In this document: positions 39,650 to 50,512 of the stretch, one piece after another
How positions within the stretch are numbered: position 1 is the stretch's first letter
Layout: each line of letters starts with the position of its first letter
From: Candidatus Campbellbacteria bacterium
GTDB lineage: Bacteria; Patescibacteriota; Minisyncoccia; Phycocordibacterales; EsbW-18
Direction of reading: 5' to 3'
Length of the DNA: 64,000 nucleotides
Assembly: GCA_024653945.1 (NCBI GenBank)
Contig: JANLIT010000001.1
Coordinates: 20,641-84,640 of the forward strand
Notes under the pieces: model-generated
What the model saw: the letters and a program-made list of their open reading frames with translations, nothing else
What the model was told of the DNA's origin: nothing
Databases searched by the model: none
Position numbers and translations under genes: made by a program

Positions 39650-40360
39650 CTACTTGTCGGAGTCGACTTGCAACACCCCGACCGAAAGAACCTCCCTCGC
39701 ACGGGCAATCTCCTCGTCGCGAGCGCGGACACGTTTGGCGTAATCCTGTGACCACTCCCTGAAGTTATCCGCCCTCCAGAACTCCTCTGTGAAGATGACG
39801 CCCGATGGACAGGACTTCTCGTCGGTGGCATCACCTTCATACTTGAGGTAGAAGGTATTCCAGATACGCTCTTCGAGGCCGAACGTCCTGGTCTGACTCT
39901 GGATGGCAACGATTGTTGCCGTTCCACCGACCTCGATGTAGCAGGAATCGCCGAAGGTGTAGGTGCGACCCCCATAGATGATGGGGTCGGGATTGGTGAC
40001 CTTGACGTCGTGCCGAACGGGCACCAACTGGTGTTCGCCAACCTTGAGCCCCTCGACCGCCGCCGCTTTCTCCTTGGCGATCTTCGCGAGTTGGTCCGCG
40101 TAGTCACTCGCTGTGCACCCCTTCCAGATGAGCAAAGCGAACAGGGCGAGACAAGTCACCGAAAGCTTCCAGAGCCGGGGCTTGTACTTCTTCTTCCACT
40201 CTTCGAGGCTCGAGATTGCGGTGGTGGCATTCCACCTATCCCCCTCAACCCGCCTCAGCTCTCCCTTGAGCCTGTTGTTCTCCCCCTCGAGGAGCTTGAT
40301 CTCCATCTCGGAAACGGAAAGCTTGGACTTCTCTTCCGGCGTCTTGTGAACTTCGTCCAT
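39650..40360 (-). CDS. orphan coiled-coil/TM protein
   Basis: High GC; SD GGGAG; promoter TTGACA-N16-TATAAT at 40420-40447. Confidence 0.7.
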   Translation of the reverse strand: MDEVHKTPEEKSKLSVSEMEIKLLEGENNRLKGELRRVEGDRWNATTAISSLEEWKKKYKPRLWKLSVTCLALFALLIWKGCTASDYADQLAKIAKEKAAAVEGLKVGEHQLVPVRHDVKVTNPDPIIYGGRTYTFGDSCYIEVGGTATIVAIQSQTRTFGLEERIWNTFYLKYEGDATDEKSCPSGVIFTEEFWRADNFREWSQDYAKRVRARDEEIARAREVLSVGVLQVDSDK

Positions 40361-40497
40361 TTGAATCTCCCTTCGGTTGTAGGTTTTGCGAGGAAACACT
40401 CCTCGAACTTCTGAGGTTTATTATAGCAAAAACAAAGTATTTGTCAAGTATATAGAAAAAGGGCCACCTTGCGGCAGCCCCTCAAATCCACCACTAC

Positions 40498-41154
40498 TCA
40501 GAGAACCGTCCACAGAATGGTAACCGCGAGCCAGCTCACCTCGTTCCCCATTTCACTGAGGACGAGACCGCGCAGTTCACGACTCCAGCCACGGCGCGCT
40601 GCCACGAAAAGCTGCGCCATTCTGGTTAGAATCGTCATGTGTCCGACGACAATCATGATGATTCCGATACCAGGAGCGCCACCGACGATGGCAATCTTGA
40701 TTGCTTGCCCAATCTGTGGGGTCACTTTGAACAGCAAGGACAGACACCCTCGCATAATACCATCGCTCGACGAGAGCTTCTTGATGTGGGCAAAAACCCA
40801 CAGCCCGAAGATTCCGAGACAAAGTGCGACGGCAATGGCCGAATCCACTCGTGACCACTCGTTCAAGCCACCCTTCGCGAAGAAAAGCGTGAGATTTGAA
40901 CTCCAGAGGATAACCCAGAGCGTGTAAACAAACACCACCTGCTTCTCGGCGCGTGACTTGTTACCTCGATGTGCACGAAGTGCAAGGATGAGATTGATCA
41001 CAAGAAACATCTCAACCCCGAGAAACATCGTGACGAGAACCCCATGCACCGAGTTCTTTGCCATGTGGAGAAACTGACCGATGTTGAAGAACATCGTGAG
41101 AACGACCTGCGCTACAAAGAACAGGTCCCCTACGAAATTCCTTTGGTTGTTCAC
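40498..41154 (-). CDS. orphan 7-TM membrane protein (possible PQ-loop/SWEET-like duplication)
   Basis: Seven hydrophobic helices, PQ motif; SD AAGGAGG; promoter TTGACA-N16-TATACT at ~41266-41293. Confidence 0.7.
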   Translation of the reverse strand: MNNQRNFVGDLFFVAQVVLTMFFNIGQFLHMAKNSVHGVLVTMFLGVEMFLVINLILALRAHRGNKSRAEKQVVFVYTLWVILWSSNLTLFFAKGGLNEWSRVDSAIAVALCLGIFGLWVFAHIKKLSSSDGIMRGCLSLLFKVTPQIGQAIKIAIVGGAPGIGIIMIVVGHMTILTRMAQLFVAARRGWSRELRGLVLSEMGNEVSWLAVTILWTVL

Positions 41155-41300
41155 CCCTCTCCTCCTTACGCAGTTAATCCCGCAAAATGTTTTTTATCGT
41201 GACGAGCAAAATGCTCGATTGTTTTTTCTCTGAAATAAGTTGTCAATTGTACACACCCAAGGGCAAGTATAGCAGATATTAGGTATTTGTCAATACCCTT

Positions 41301-42758
41301 CTACTGCTCACTTCGTGGACGCATGAGTGGAAAAATTTGTCCTTCACGAACATTCAAATTCATAAGAAAACTAAAGAGTCGTTCAGAAACGCCAAAACCA
41401 AATGTTGGTGGCATACCGTATTCCATTGCTTCAACATATTCCATATCTGCCATTTGTGCTTCTTCATCACCTTTATCACGCAACGCCTGTTGTTGAACAA
41501 AACGTTCACGTTGATCAATTGGGTCATTGAGTTCACTAAATCCCTTCCCCATTTCAGAACCTGCAAGAATAACTTGGAATCGTTCAACTGTCGCATCATC
41601 ATCTCGTGAACGCTTTGCAAGAGGTTCAAGATATACAGGAACTCCGATAAGAAATGCTGGGCCACCAATTGTTTTTCGAATATTTTTCCACAACCCATCT
41701 ACCGCACGCTCTTTTGATTCAGGGGTTGGCATATGTGGGTTTGTTTTTTTGTAGAGTGCAATCGCATCTTCTTCGACGACTTTCCGTGGGTCAATTCCAT
41801 ACTCTTTTTGAATACGTTCGCAGAAATGTATGCGTGGCCACTCATTATTCAAATCAATCTCAAATTCTCCAATCGTAAACTTTGTCGTACTAAATGTTTT
41901 TTCTGCGACCGTTCGATACAAATCCTGCACTAACAGCATCCCTGTTTCAAAATCAGCATATGACTCATAACTTTCAAGTTGTGTGTAGTCCTGTAAATGT
42001 TCTGCGGACATTCCTTCGTTGCGGAAAATGCGTCCGATCTCAAATGTTTTTGGAATACCTGCAACCATCAACTTTTTCTGCCACAATTCTCCTGCTGAAA
42101 TACGCAAAAACACATCAATATCAAGAGCATTGTGGTGTGTGATAAACGGACGTGCTTCAGCACCTCCGGTAATTGTTTCAAGAACCGGTGTTTCTACTTC
42201 TGTATATCCACGTTCAAGATAAAACGTTCGCATGGCATTCCAAAAAATTGAACGCTTTTCAACAACTTGTCGCGCAGTATCGTTCGTTAGAATATCCAAA
42301 TAGCGACGGCGGAGTCGTTCTTCTGAGTCAGTAATACCAACCCATTTCTCAGGAAGTGAGCGGAGTGATTTTGAAAGCATTGCCCACGAAGACACGAGCA
42401 CACTTGGTTCGCCTCGTTTTGTTTTTGTTGGAACACCTGAGAGGTCAACAAAGTCACCGACATCAACGATATCAACAAAAAGTGCAAACGCATCGCCAAG
42501 CATATCCGCTTTGAAATATCCTTGAATTTTTCCTGTGCCGTCAAAAATATCCGCAAACAACATTTCCCCATGTTCGCGGATTGCCATCACTCGTCCTGCA
42601 ACCGTTGTTGGCGCTCCATCAACTTTTGAATCAAAATCAATCAGTAAATCACCGATGGTTGTTGTGCGCGAGGAAACGGCCGGATACGCTGGAATACCCT
42701 TTTCTTTCAAAAGGGCGAGTTTTTTGAGTCGGTCATTTCGAATATCTTCAAGGGACAT
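41301..42758 (-). CDS. lysS: lysine--tRNA ligase class II
   Basis: GGAEARPFITHHNALD, FRNEG, YGMPPTFGFG. Confidence 0.97.
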   Translation of the reverse strand: MSLEDIRNDRLKKLALLKEKGIPAYPAVSSRTTTIGDLLIDFDSKVDGAPTTVAGRVMAIREHGEMLFADIFDGTGKIQGYFKADMLGDAFALFVDIVDVGDFVDLSGVPTKTKRGEPSVLVSSWAMLSKSLRSLPEKWVGITDSEERLRRRYLDILTNDTARQVVEKRSIFWNAMRTFYLERGYTEVETPVLETITGGAEARPFITHHNALDIDVFLRISAGELWQKKLMVAGIPKTFEIGRIFRNEGMSAEHLQDYTQLESYESYADFETGMLLVQDLYRTVAEKTFSTTKFTIGEFEIDLNNEWPRIHFCERIQKEYGIDPRKVVEEDAIALYKKTNPHMPTPESKERAVDGLWKNIRKTIGGPAFLIGVPVYLEPLAKRSRDDDATVERFQVILAGSEMGKGFSELNDPIDQRERFVQQQALRDKGDEEAQMADMEYVEAMEYGMPPTFGFGVSERLFSFLMNLNVREGQIFPLMRPRSEQ

Positions 42759-42885
42759 AAGTCGCATAACATGTAACACGCAACATGTAACACACTATTA
42801 CATACTTCACGGTTCATGTTTTTTGCTACATGCTTCATGATTCATGATACATGCTGCATGCTACATGTTACATGATTCATAAACC

Positions 42886-43356
42886 CTAGTCGATAGAGAC
42901 AATGGTGTACTCTATCTTCTTTCCTGTTGGTGTAGAGAACATGAAGATTTCACCTTTTTCTTTTCCCATAAGAGATGAGCCCAGTGGGGACAAAAAAGAA
43001 ATACGTCCCAATGATGTATCAGCTTCTTCTGAACCAACAACAAGAAGTTCTTTTTTCTCTTTTTCTCCCTTTTTCTGAATAGTAACCGTTGAACCAATCT
43101 CCACAACACTGCTGTGGTGTTTTTTTACAATTTCAGCCGAATCCAATAGTCCTACGAGATATTTGATACGTGATTCAATCTGCCCTTGTGTTTGGCGAGC
43201 TTGTTGATATTCTGCGTTTTCGGAAAGATCGCCTAAAGAACGCGCATACTCAAGCTGTCGGGCGATTTCGTTTCGCTGAGTTGTAATTAAAAAATCAAGC
43301 TCATTTTTGAGCTCGTCGTGTTTCTCTTTTGTTAAATATTGTTTTCCGTCATCCAT
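42886..43356 (-). CDS. greA: transcription elongation factor GreA
   Basis: GDLSENAEY, ISFLSPLG. Confidence 0.96.
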   Translation of the reverse strand: MDDGKQYLTKEKHDELKNELDFLITTQRNEIARQLEYARSLGDLSENAEYQQARQTQGQIESRIKYLVGLLDSAEIVKKHHSSVVEIGSTVTIQKKGEKEKKELLVVGSEEADTSLGRISFLSPLGSSLMGKEKGEIFMFSTPTGKKIEYTIVSID

Positions 43357-43419
43357 ACCCTTGTGCCTACTATATGGGGGAGTATTTTACCTGTTGTGGA
43401 AACAAAAGACAAGGACCCC

Positions 43420-45156
43420 CTAAAGACCCCTTTGTTCTGCATCAAAATATTCAGGGGTATTGGTGTGCATCCAATCAAACAAGCGTCGCATCACCGAGGC
43501 CGAGCCGACAAGATTCGTTACTGGACCGTGTTCCATAACCATCACAAATGCGTACCGTGGTGATTCATAGGGCCAGAATCCCTCAATCCATGAGTTCACG
43601 CGCTCCTTGGAAACACCGAGTTCCGCGGTCCCTGTTTTTCCAGCAAACTCTGTGTATGCCACATTAAGTGCTTTTGCCGTTCCTTCCGTGGCACCTCGAC
43701 GCATTCCTTCTCGTACCACGGCAAGAACATCACTATCAATTGGAATGGTATCAACTGGCGATATCCCTGCATCGCTACGCAAATGAGGAACGACAAGGAG
43801 ACCGTCGTTTGCAATCGCTGCAATACCGCGAACCATTTGCAGTGGTGTTACCTGAAATCCATACTGGCCAATACTCGTGTTATAGGTGTCGCCCACTCGC
43901 CACGGGTCGTCAGGAAAATGTTCTTGCTTCCACGCAATACTTGGAATAAGACCATCAACTTCTCCTGAAATATCAATACCCGTTTTTGTGCCAATACCAA
44001 ACAAACGTGTATACGTTCCTATGTTTTCAATTCCCAATCCTTTCTGATCTCCAAATCCTCCTCCGATGGTCATGAAGTACACATTTGATGATACGGCAAT
44101 CGCTTGACGCATATCCACCCACCCGTGCGCTTTCCAATCCTTAAAGACGGTTGGTTTGTCGGGATTATATGGATTCGGGACACGCAATGAGCCGTCACTG
44201 AAAATTTGTTTTTCAGGAGTAATCACCTTTTCTGCAAGCGCCCCAATGGCAATGAATGGTTTTATAATTGACCCTGGCGTGTATCGCCCACCTATTGCTC
44301 GATTGAGAAACGGGTTTTGCGTATCAGCACTATACGCCGCGATTGCTTGTACGTCAGACCCACTTGAGAGAATATTTGGATCAAACCCAGGAATACTGAC
44401 GAGTGCAATAATTTCACCGGTTGTTACATCCATAATAATGCCGGCGCCTCCAGTGAACCCCTTTTCATCCATCAAATCCTGCGCATACTCATATAACTCT
44501 TTTTGTATACGACTATCTATGGTGAGCCGAAGTGGTTCGCCGTCTTTAGGTTTGGTAATCGTCGAACCGGCTATTCTTTTTCCAAGCGCATCTTGCTCCA
44601 CAATTTTTCGTCCCTGCTCACCCGCAAGAAGAGAATCATACATTTCTTCAACTCCTTCAACGCCAGTAATAGCATTTTGAATATAATATCCATTGGGATC
44701 CATCTTTGGATATCGCACATACCCTACAATATGCGATAGCGCCAGGTGCGGGTCATACTTTCGTAACGAGAACGTTTCGCTGTCCGTATCGCTTGTTGTT
44801 GCTGTTGATGATGTGGCTTCCTGTGACTCGTTCCATGCGAGTACAAGACCGTTTCTATCATATATTGGACCCCGCTGAGAAAAGATAAGTGTGTGATTCA
44901 ATCGGTTAGATTCAGCGAGTGACGCATACTGTTCTCCTGACATAATTTGTAGAAAAAAAACACGTCCCACAATAAGCACACCCACACAGGTAAGAAAGAG
45001 CCCGAATAGAAAAAGTTCTCGTCGTGCTATTGGCTTTTCAATTTTTCCTTCAAATTGGTTCGTATCAAATTGAGGAATGTTGCGCGCGTCTAAAAATATC
45101 TCATCTGGACTTATATCGTGGACAGGAATACTTTTTTTACGACGAAAAAGCATCAT
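43420..45156 (-). CDS. mrdA: penicillin-binding protein 2
   Basis: PGSIIK, SSN, KTGTA; downstream of mreBC. Confidence 0.9.
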   Translation of the reverse strand: MMLFRRKKSIPVHDISPDEIFLDARNIPQFDTNQFEGKIEKPIARRELFLFGLFLTCVGVLIVGRVFFLQIMSGEQYASLAESNRLNHTLIFSQRGPIYDRNGLVLAWNESQEATSSTATTSDTDSETFSLRKYDPHLALSHIVGYVRYPKMDPNGYYIQNAITGVEGVEEMYDSLLAGEQGRKIVEQDALGKRIAGSTITKPKDGEPLRLTIDSRIQKELYEYAQDLMDEKGFTGGAGIIMDVTTGEIIALVSIPGFDPNILSSGSDVQAIAAYSADTQNPFLNRAIGGRYTPGSIIKPFIAIGALAEKVITPEKQIFSDGSLRVPNPYNPDKPTVFKDWKAHGWVDMRQAIAVSSNVYFMTIGGGFGDQKGLGIENIGTYTRLFGIGTKTGIDISGEVDGLIPSIAWKQEHFPDDPWRVGDTYNTSIGQYGFQVTPLQMVRGIAAIANDGLLVVPHLRSDAGISPVDTIPIDSDVLAVVREGMRRGATEGTAKALNVAYTEFAGKTGTAELGVSKERVNSWIEGFWPYESPRYAFVMVMEHGPVTNLVGSASVMRRLFDWMHTNTPEYFDAEQRGL

Positions 45157-45400
45157 AGCGAACGGAGCGACGAATAAAAAATATTCCAAAACACACCACA
45201 AGTGCTACTGCTGTTACAAAAAAACGAATACCAAAAAGTTCGTGTGTCGCATAGAGCATGTCGTACAACGCAGCAATAATGACCCCCTCAAGAAAAAGCG
45301 GGAATCGAAATGATACACCGGCGATTGCAACCATAAAAACCCACCATGGAAATAGTACCGAGAGAAGAAAAATGCCAAGAACTAGTGCGGGGCGTTCCAT
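45137..45400 (-). CDS. small membrane protein at the mreD position
   Basis: Hydrophobic 87-aa ORF between mreC and mrdA. Confidence 0.6.
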   Translation of the reverse strand: MERPALVLGIFLLSVLFPWWVFMVAIAGVSFRFPLFLEGVIIAALYDMLYATHELFGIRFFVTAVALVVCFGIFFIRRSVRYDAFSS

Positions 45401-45405
45401 AGACG

Positions 45406-46191
45406 TTATTCAAGATTTTTTTGAGGATGTACAACAACCGTACGTACTTCAAATATGTTTTGTGGCATCACTACCTGGGCGATGACAAAGGCCTCAGCAT
45501 CACTTTCTTTCAATTGTTTAACAATACCCAAAAGCTCTCCGCTCCCAAGAAACACATTATCATTTCTGGCAACAACACTCTCTTTAGGAATGGAAATTTC
45601 AAAAACACCCCCTCCTTGACCACGGGCGAGCAGCAAAAAATCATTCGTCCCTACGCGCACCTCTTGCTCGTATCCAGGAGATGAAAAGAGTCGTACGCGC
45701 GAAGCATTTTTTGAAACACTATCAATAACTCCGAGAGCAACCGTTGAGTCAAAAGAAACCCTATCTCCAACAGAAACACCTTGTGCTGTGCCTATAGTAA
45801 TAATGAGTGTGTCGTAGGGAGAAAAAGGAGGTGTAGCAAGAATAAATCCTGGAATAGTATTTATGCTTGACGTAGCAGTATCGGAAATTCCTGAATATTT
45901 TTTTCGTAATGAGTCATATAAATCGGCTTTTATTTTTGCACGAGCAAGTTCTTCTTTGAGTGTTTTATTTTCGTCCACAAGAGATTGACGTGATTCAAAT
46001 CCACCTAAAAATGATTCTGCATTTGCAGCAACGTTTTCACGAGCACTGTGAAAGGGAGATGTTATAAAAAGTAACGTCCTTGTTATGAACGACGGCTGTA
46101 TGCTCACAATACCAACGAGTACCACACATACACAAATAGAAACAAGAAGTGCGATATTTTTTCTTTGTTTATATGGTCGGGGGAAGTGCAT
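45406..46191 (-). CDS. mreC: rod shape-determining protein MreC
   Basis: TM, coiled coil (ENKTLKEEL), beta domains; follows mreB. Confidence 0.85.
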   Translation of the reverse strand: MHFPRPYKQRKNIALLVSICVCVVLVGIVSIQPSFITRTLLFITSPFHSARENVAANAESFLGGFESRQSLVDENKTLKEELARAKIKADLYDSLRKKYSGISDTATSSINTIPGFILATPPFSPYDTLIITIGTAQGVSVGDRVSFDSTVALGVIDSVSKNASRVRLFSSPGYEQEVRVGTNDFLLLARGQGGGVFEISIPKESVVARNDNVFLGSGELLGIVKQLKESDAEAFVIAQVVMPQNIFEVRTVVVHPQKNLE

Positions 46192-47233
46192 GTTCTTCGT
46201 CAATAATAATTTCTTTAAATCGAATAAGGTCTTCAAGCACCACTCCTGTACCACGTGCAACTGACGTCAGTGGGTCATCTGCAACATACACAGGAATTTT
46301 GAGCCACTCAGCTAAGAAAACATCAAAACCCCGGATAAGCGCACCCCCACCTACAAGGTACATACCACGGCGCATCACATCAGACAAAATTTCTGGCGGT
46401 GTTGTTTCAAGTACTTCTTTGATTGCCTCAACAAGCATATCAATTGATGGAGCAATTGCCTCGCGCACATCAGAATCAGTCACAATTACCTCTCGGGGCA
46501 AGCCAGTCACCAAATCACGCCCACGAACAGTTACCTCAATTGGGGTTGGGCCGGGAATGATTGAGCCGGCCTGAATCTTCAAGTCCTCTGCCGTACGTTC
46601 ACCAATAAGAATCTTAAATTCATCACGAATATAGGAAGAAATGTCACTATTGAGCCTATCACCCCCTATTTTGGTGTTTTTACCGTTAACCACGCCGTTA
46701 AGCGAAATAATGGTGATATCTGTGGTTCCTCCTCCAATATCCACAATCATGCTTCCACTTGCATCCTCAACGGGAAGTCGGATGCCAATTGCTGCCGCCA
46801 TGGGTTGCTCAACAATATGTACTTCGCGCGCGCCTGCATTGAGTGAAGCATCTCGTACCGCACGACGTTCAACGTTCGTTGTACCATACGGAACACCAAC
46901 CACAATACGTGGTCCAAATAATTTTCTTTTTCCTTGTTGTGCACGACGAATCAAGTGCGCAAGAAATTCTTCGGTTACTTCAAAATCAGAAATAACACCG
47001 TCAACAAGTGGGCGTACTGCGTTGATGTGTCCAGGTGTTCGTCCAAGCATACGCTTGGCTTCAGTTCCAACAGCAACCACTTGTCCTGTTTTTTGGTTGA
47101 CCGCAACAACGGTCGGCTCATTAATGACAATTCCCCTACCGCGAACATACACGAGCGTGTTCGCTGTTCCAAGATCAATACCGATATCATCGGACATAAA
47201 ACTGCCGAATCGTTTCTTTAGTTTTTCCCACAT
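46169..47233 (-). CDS. mreB: rod shape-determining protein MreB
   Basis: IGIDLGTANT, VDIGGGTT, GGGAL. Confidence 0.97.
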   Translation of the reverse strand: MWEKLKKRFGSFMSDDIGIDLGTANTLVYVRGRGIVINEPTVVAVNQKTGQVVAVGTEAKRMLGRTPGHINAVRPLVDGVISDFEVTEEFLAHLIRRAQQGKRKLFGPRIVVGVPYGTTNVERRAVRDASLNAGAREVHIVEQPMAAAIGIRLPVEDASGSMIVDIGGGTTDITIISLNGVVNGKNTKIGGDRLNSDISSYIRDEFKILIGERTAEDLKIQAGSIIPGPTPIEVTVRGRDLVTGLPREVIVTDSDVREAIAPSIDMLVEAIKEVLETTPPEILSDVMRRGMYLVGGGALIRGFDVFLAEWLKIPVYVADDPLTSVARGTGVVLEDLIRFKEIIIDEEHALPPTI

Positions 47234-47308
47234 ACAAATATATACACGTAGTATATACGCGTTGTCTCAGTGCTCAAAATGGACACTCTTAGTATTTCAA
47301 ATACGCGT

Positions 47309-48565
47309 CTATGATGACAAGAGGCCAACCACTTCTGAAGAGGTCACCACACGCGCGTCTGCCTCTGTACGACCCTTCATCTCAACGGTGTTGTTACGCA
47401 TATGTTTATCAGAAATGACAAGACGCATAGGAATACCAATAAGGTCGGCATCCGCAAATTTTGCTCCAGCGGTCATACCACGGTCGTCGTAGAGCACCTC
47501 ATATCCAGCTTTCTCAATATCGGTGGTTATTTTTTCCGTATACGCGTGTACATCGGCTCCCTCTTTGCTTTCAAGCACAAGCACATGCACATCAAACGGC
47601 GCAACACTCTTTGGCCACACCAACCCTTTGTCGTCTCCATATACCTCAGCAATAACTCCCATAGTGCGGGTCGGGCCAATACCGTAACTTCCCATAACAA
47701 CACTTTGTTGCGTACCTGTTGCATCAAGAAAGTTAAGACCAAACGCATCAGAAAAACGCGTACCGAGAGAGAAAATATTTCCCACTTCAACGGCCATTTT
47801 TTCAACGAGATCGTCGCGCGACACACCAAGATCTTTCAATACTTCATCATTCAATACTTCTTTATTGATAGCAATATGTTTTTTCTCGTCAACATAGATG
47901 GTGTCTTCTCCCGTATCACACAATGTTTGAAACTCATGAGAGTATTTTGAGAACGTACCACCTGATGCAAAGGTCATGAATGTTCTGTCGCCAAGACCTA
48001 CGCGTTTAAACACGTTGGTATATGCTTGCTTTGCTTGTTCATAAAACGCATCTTGTTCTTCTGGCGTTTTACAAAATGAGTACAAATCTTTCATCAAAAA
48101 CTCTCGTCCTCGAAGGACCCCACTTTTTGCACGCACTTCATTTCTAAACTTTGTTTGAATTTGGTACACATATTTCGGCAAATCCTTATACGAAGAAATG
48201 TGGTTCTTCATAAGATTTGTGAGCGGTTCTTCGTGCGTAAAACCGAGACCAAGTTCCCCACCATTTCCTAAATGTGTCTTAAACCAAATATCTTTTGCGT
48301 CCCCTTCCCAGCGGTCTGTTTTCTTCCATGTTTCAGGATCTTGCAATGCAGACATAAACACCTCCTGTCCTCCAATTGCGTTCATTTCTTCTCGAATAAT
48401 CGTATTGATTTTATCTACCACGCGGAGTCCTAGTGGCAATAATGAGTACACACCCGCCATTTCTTTATGGACAAAACCTCCACGAATAAGGAGTTGCGCA
48501 TTTTTTGATACCTCATCACTTGGTACCTCTTTGCGAGTTTTTGTAAAAAGCTGTGACTGTTTCAT
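47309..48565 (-). CDS. proS: proline--tRNA ligase (short form without editing domain)
   Basis: THEE, YQIQTKFRNEVRAKSGVLRGREFLMKD, MGSYGIG. Confidence 0.96.
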   Translation of the reverse strand: MKQSQLFTKTRKEVPSDEVSKNAQLLIRGGFVHKEMAGVYSLLPLGLRVVDKINTIIREEMNAIGGQEVFMSALQDPETWKKTDRWEGDAKDIWFKTHLGNGGELGLGFTHEEPLTNLMKNHISSYKDLPKYVYQIQTKFRNEVRAKSGVLRGREFLMKDLYSFCKTPEEQDAFYEQAKQAYTNVFKRVGLGDRTFMTFASGGTFSKYSHEFQTLCDTGEDTIYVDEKKHIAINKEVLNDEVLKDLGVSRDDLVEKMAVEVGNIFSLGTRFSDAFGLNFLDATGTQQSVVMGSYGIGPTRTMGVIAEVYGDDKGLVWPKSVAPFDVHVLVLESKEGADVHAYTEKITTDIEKAGYEVLYDDRGMTAGAKFADADLIGIPMRLVISDKHMRNNTVEMKGRTEADARVVTSSEVVGLLSS

Positions 48566-48657
48566 CCCGATAGTAAATTATTCTGGCAAATGAGCCCCGT
48601 AGTTTTGAAAATATCACTATCGGGATTCATACGAAGTATTGTACGGTGCACGCGGTC

Positions 48658-49764
48658 TTAAAACAACTTCACGACGTCATGTATCGTCACAACAACCATT
48701 AGTAGAATCAGCAGACCAAAACCAACAATGTTGAATGTGTTTGCAACTACTGGTTTAATTGGTGAACGTTTAATTGCCTCAATAATCACAAACAAAATAC
48801 GTCCGCCATCCAGTGCTGGAAACGGAACCATATTAATAACTGCCAAATTAAGTGACAGCATTGCTGCAAACGAAAGAAGTGTCACCAAACCCATGCGCGC
48901 AGCATCTCCCGCAAGCCCAACGATACCAACTGGCCCAACCACTTGTGAAAAATCAGCCGCTCCGGTTACTGCTTGATATAAAAACTGCCACAACCCCACA
49001 GCAATATTTTGTGTTGCATAGTATGTCGTTTTTGCTCCTTCAATAACCGCAAGCCAAAGTGGTAATCTCACCACGGCAATGTAATCAAGCGCAACACCAA
49101 TCACTCCGCGTGTTTCTTGTCCAATGACACGAACCTCTGGAACAACGGTCGTACTTTTGAGTTCTTTTTCTCTTGTGTAAGCAATCGTCAATGTCTCTTC
49201 GCCGTGTCGTGCAATAAAATCCTGAACCGAAACAATAGAAAGTTGTCCTTCGAGCGTTTCTGTTGTACCAGCAATAGACACCAATTCATCACCTGGTAAA
49301 AATCCCGCATCACGCGCTGGGCTCGTTTCGTCAATGTGTATCAAAACTACAGATGGTACCCCCACAATCCCCTGCGTCTCCGGTGTCACCGACATAGGAA
49401 AACCGAGTGTTATACCTATTGAAATAAGACCCCATGCAAGAAGCACATTGAAAAGTACACCAGCAATGAGCACCCACACTTTTGCATACCACGGCTTTGC
49501 ATCAAGGGTTTTTTCTTTTTCTTCTTGTGTGAGCCCTGTTATGTCCTCATCTTCTTTAAAAATTTTTACAAAACCACCAAATGGAATCCAATTGATTGAA
49601 TAGAGTGTTTCACTTCCTGTTGGTCGCCAACTATACAAACGAGGCGGAAATCCAATGCCAAATTCATCAACGCGCACACCAACAGATTTTGCTGCAAGAA
49701 AATGCCCCACTTCGTGGGCAAGAATAAGTATTGCTAAAACAACAATAAAAAGGATAACAGTCAT
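48658..49764 (-). CDS. rseP: RIP metalloprotease RseP
   Basis: HEVGH, PDZ domain, NMVPFPALDGG. Confidence 0.94.
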   Translation of the reverse strand: MTVILFIVVLAILILAHEVGHFLAAKSVGVRVDEFGIGFPPRLYSWRPTGSETLYSINWIPFGGFVKIFKEDEDITGLTQEEKEKTLDAKPWYAKVWVLIAGVLFNVLLAWGLISIGITLGFPMSVTPETQGIVGVPSVVLIHIDETSPARDAGFLPGDELVSIAGTTETLEGQLSIVSVQDFIARHGEETLTIAYTREKELKSTTVVPEVRVIGQETRGVIGVALDYIAVVRLPLWLAVIEGAKTTYYATQNIAVGLWQFLYQAVTGAADFSQVVGPVGIVGLAGDAARMGLVTLLSFAAMLSLNLAVINMVPFPALDGGRILFVIIEAIKRSPIKPVVANTFNIVGFGLLILLMVVVTIHDVVKLF

Positions 49765-49769
49765 GAGTA

Positions 49770-50321
49770 TTATGTTCGTATGCTTTCTTCTTTTTGTCGA
49801 GCTGTTTCTTCAAGTTTCTTGTTTGCCTCCGTGATTATTTTTTCCATTTCCTCCTTCGCACGGAATTTATCGTCCTCGCCTAGTGCCCCACTTTTTTCTT
49901 TCACTTGAATATCATTCCACACTTCGTCGCGCACACTGCGAATAGAAATACGAGCTTCCTCCATTTTCTTTCCAACAAGTTTTACATATTTCTCACGAGT
50001 TTCGGTCGTCAGGTCTGGAAAAGAGACGCGGAGTCCTTTCTCATCGGTCGCAACTGACACGCCGAGATTTGCTTCACGAAGTGCTTTGTCTATTGCACCC
50101 AATACTGATGAATCCCACGGAGTAATACGTATTGTTCGTGCATCTTCAATAGACATGTTTGCCACCTGTGCAATAGGCATAAAACTGCCGTACACATTCG
50201 CACGAACTGTATCAAGAAGCGAGACTGACGCACGCCCCGTGTGAACCGCAGAGAGTTCTTTGGTGAGCCATTCTTGAATTTCAGCGGTTTTCTTTTTTAA
50301 TTCAGCAAAAGCGTATGACAT
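49770..50321 (-). CDS. frr: ribosome recycling factor
   Basis: HTGRA, PDLTTETR, EEARISIRSVR. Confidence 0.96.
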   Translation of the reverse strand: MSYAFAELKKKTAEIQEWLTKELSAVHTGRASVSLLDTVRANVYGSFMPIAQVANMSIEDARTIRITPWDSSVLGAIDKALREANLGVSVATDEKGLRVSFPDLTTETREKYVKLVGKKMEEARISIRSVRDEVWNDIQVKEKSGALGEDDKFRAKEEMEKIITEANKKLEETARQKEESIRT

Positions 50322-50512
50322 ATGTACAGCAACAGTATACCTGTTGCAAGTTCAAAATCCAAAGTTCAAATTTCAAAGTTCAAATTTCAAAAAATAGATA
50401 CAAAAAGCTGATAGTTTGTAGCTAACAGGAAAATGGAGAAAGAAGAAACCCGCCCTTGTTGAAGGGGCGGGGTCTCGGTTCACACTACCGAGCAGTGTTT
50501 GTAGAACGAAAG

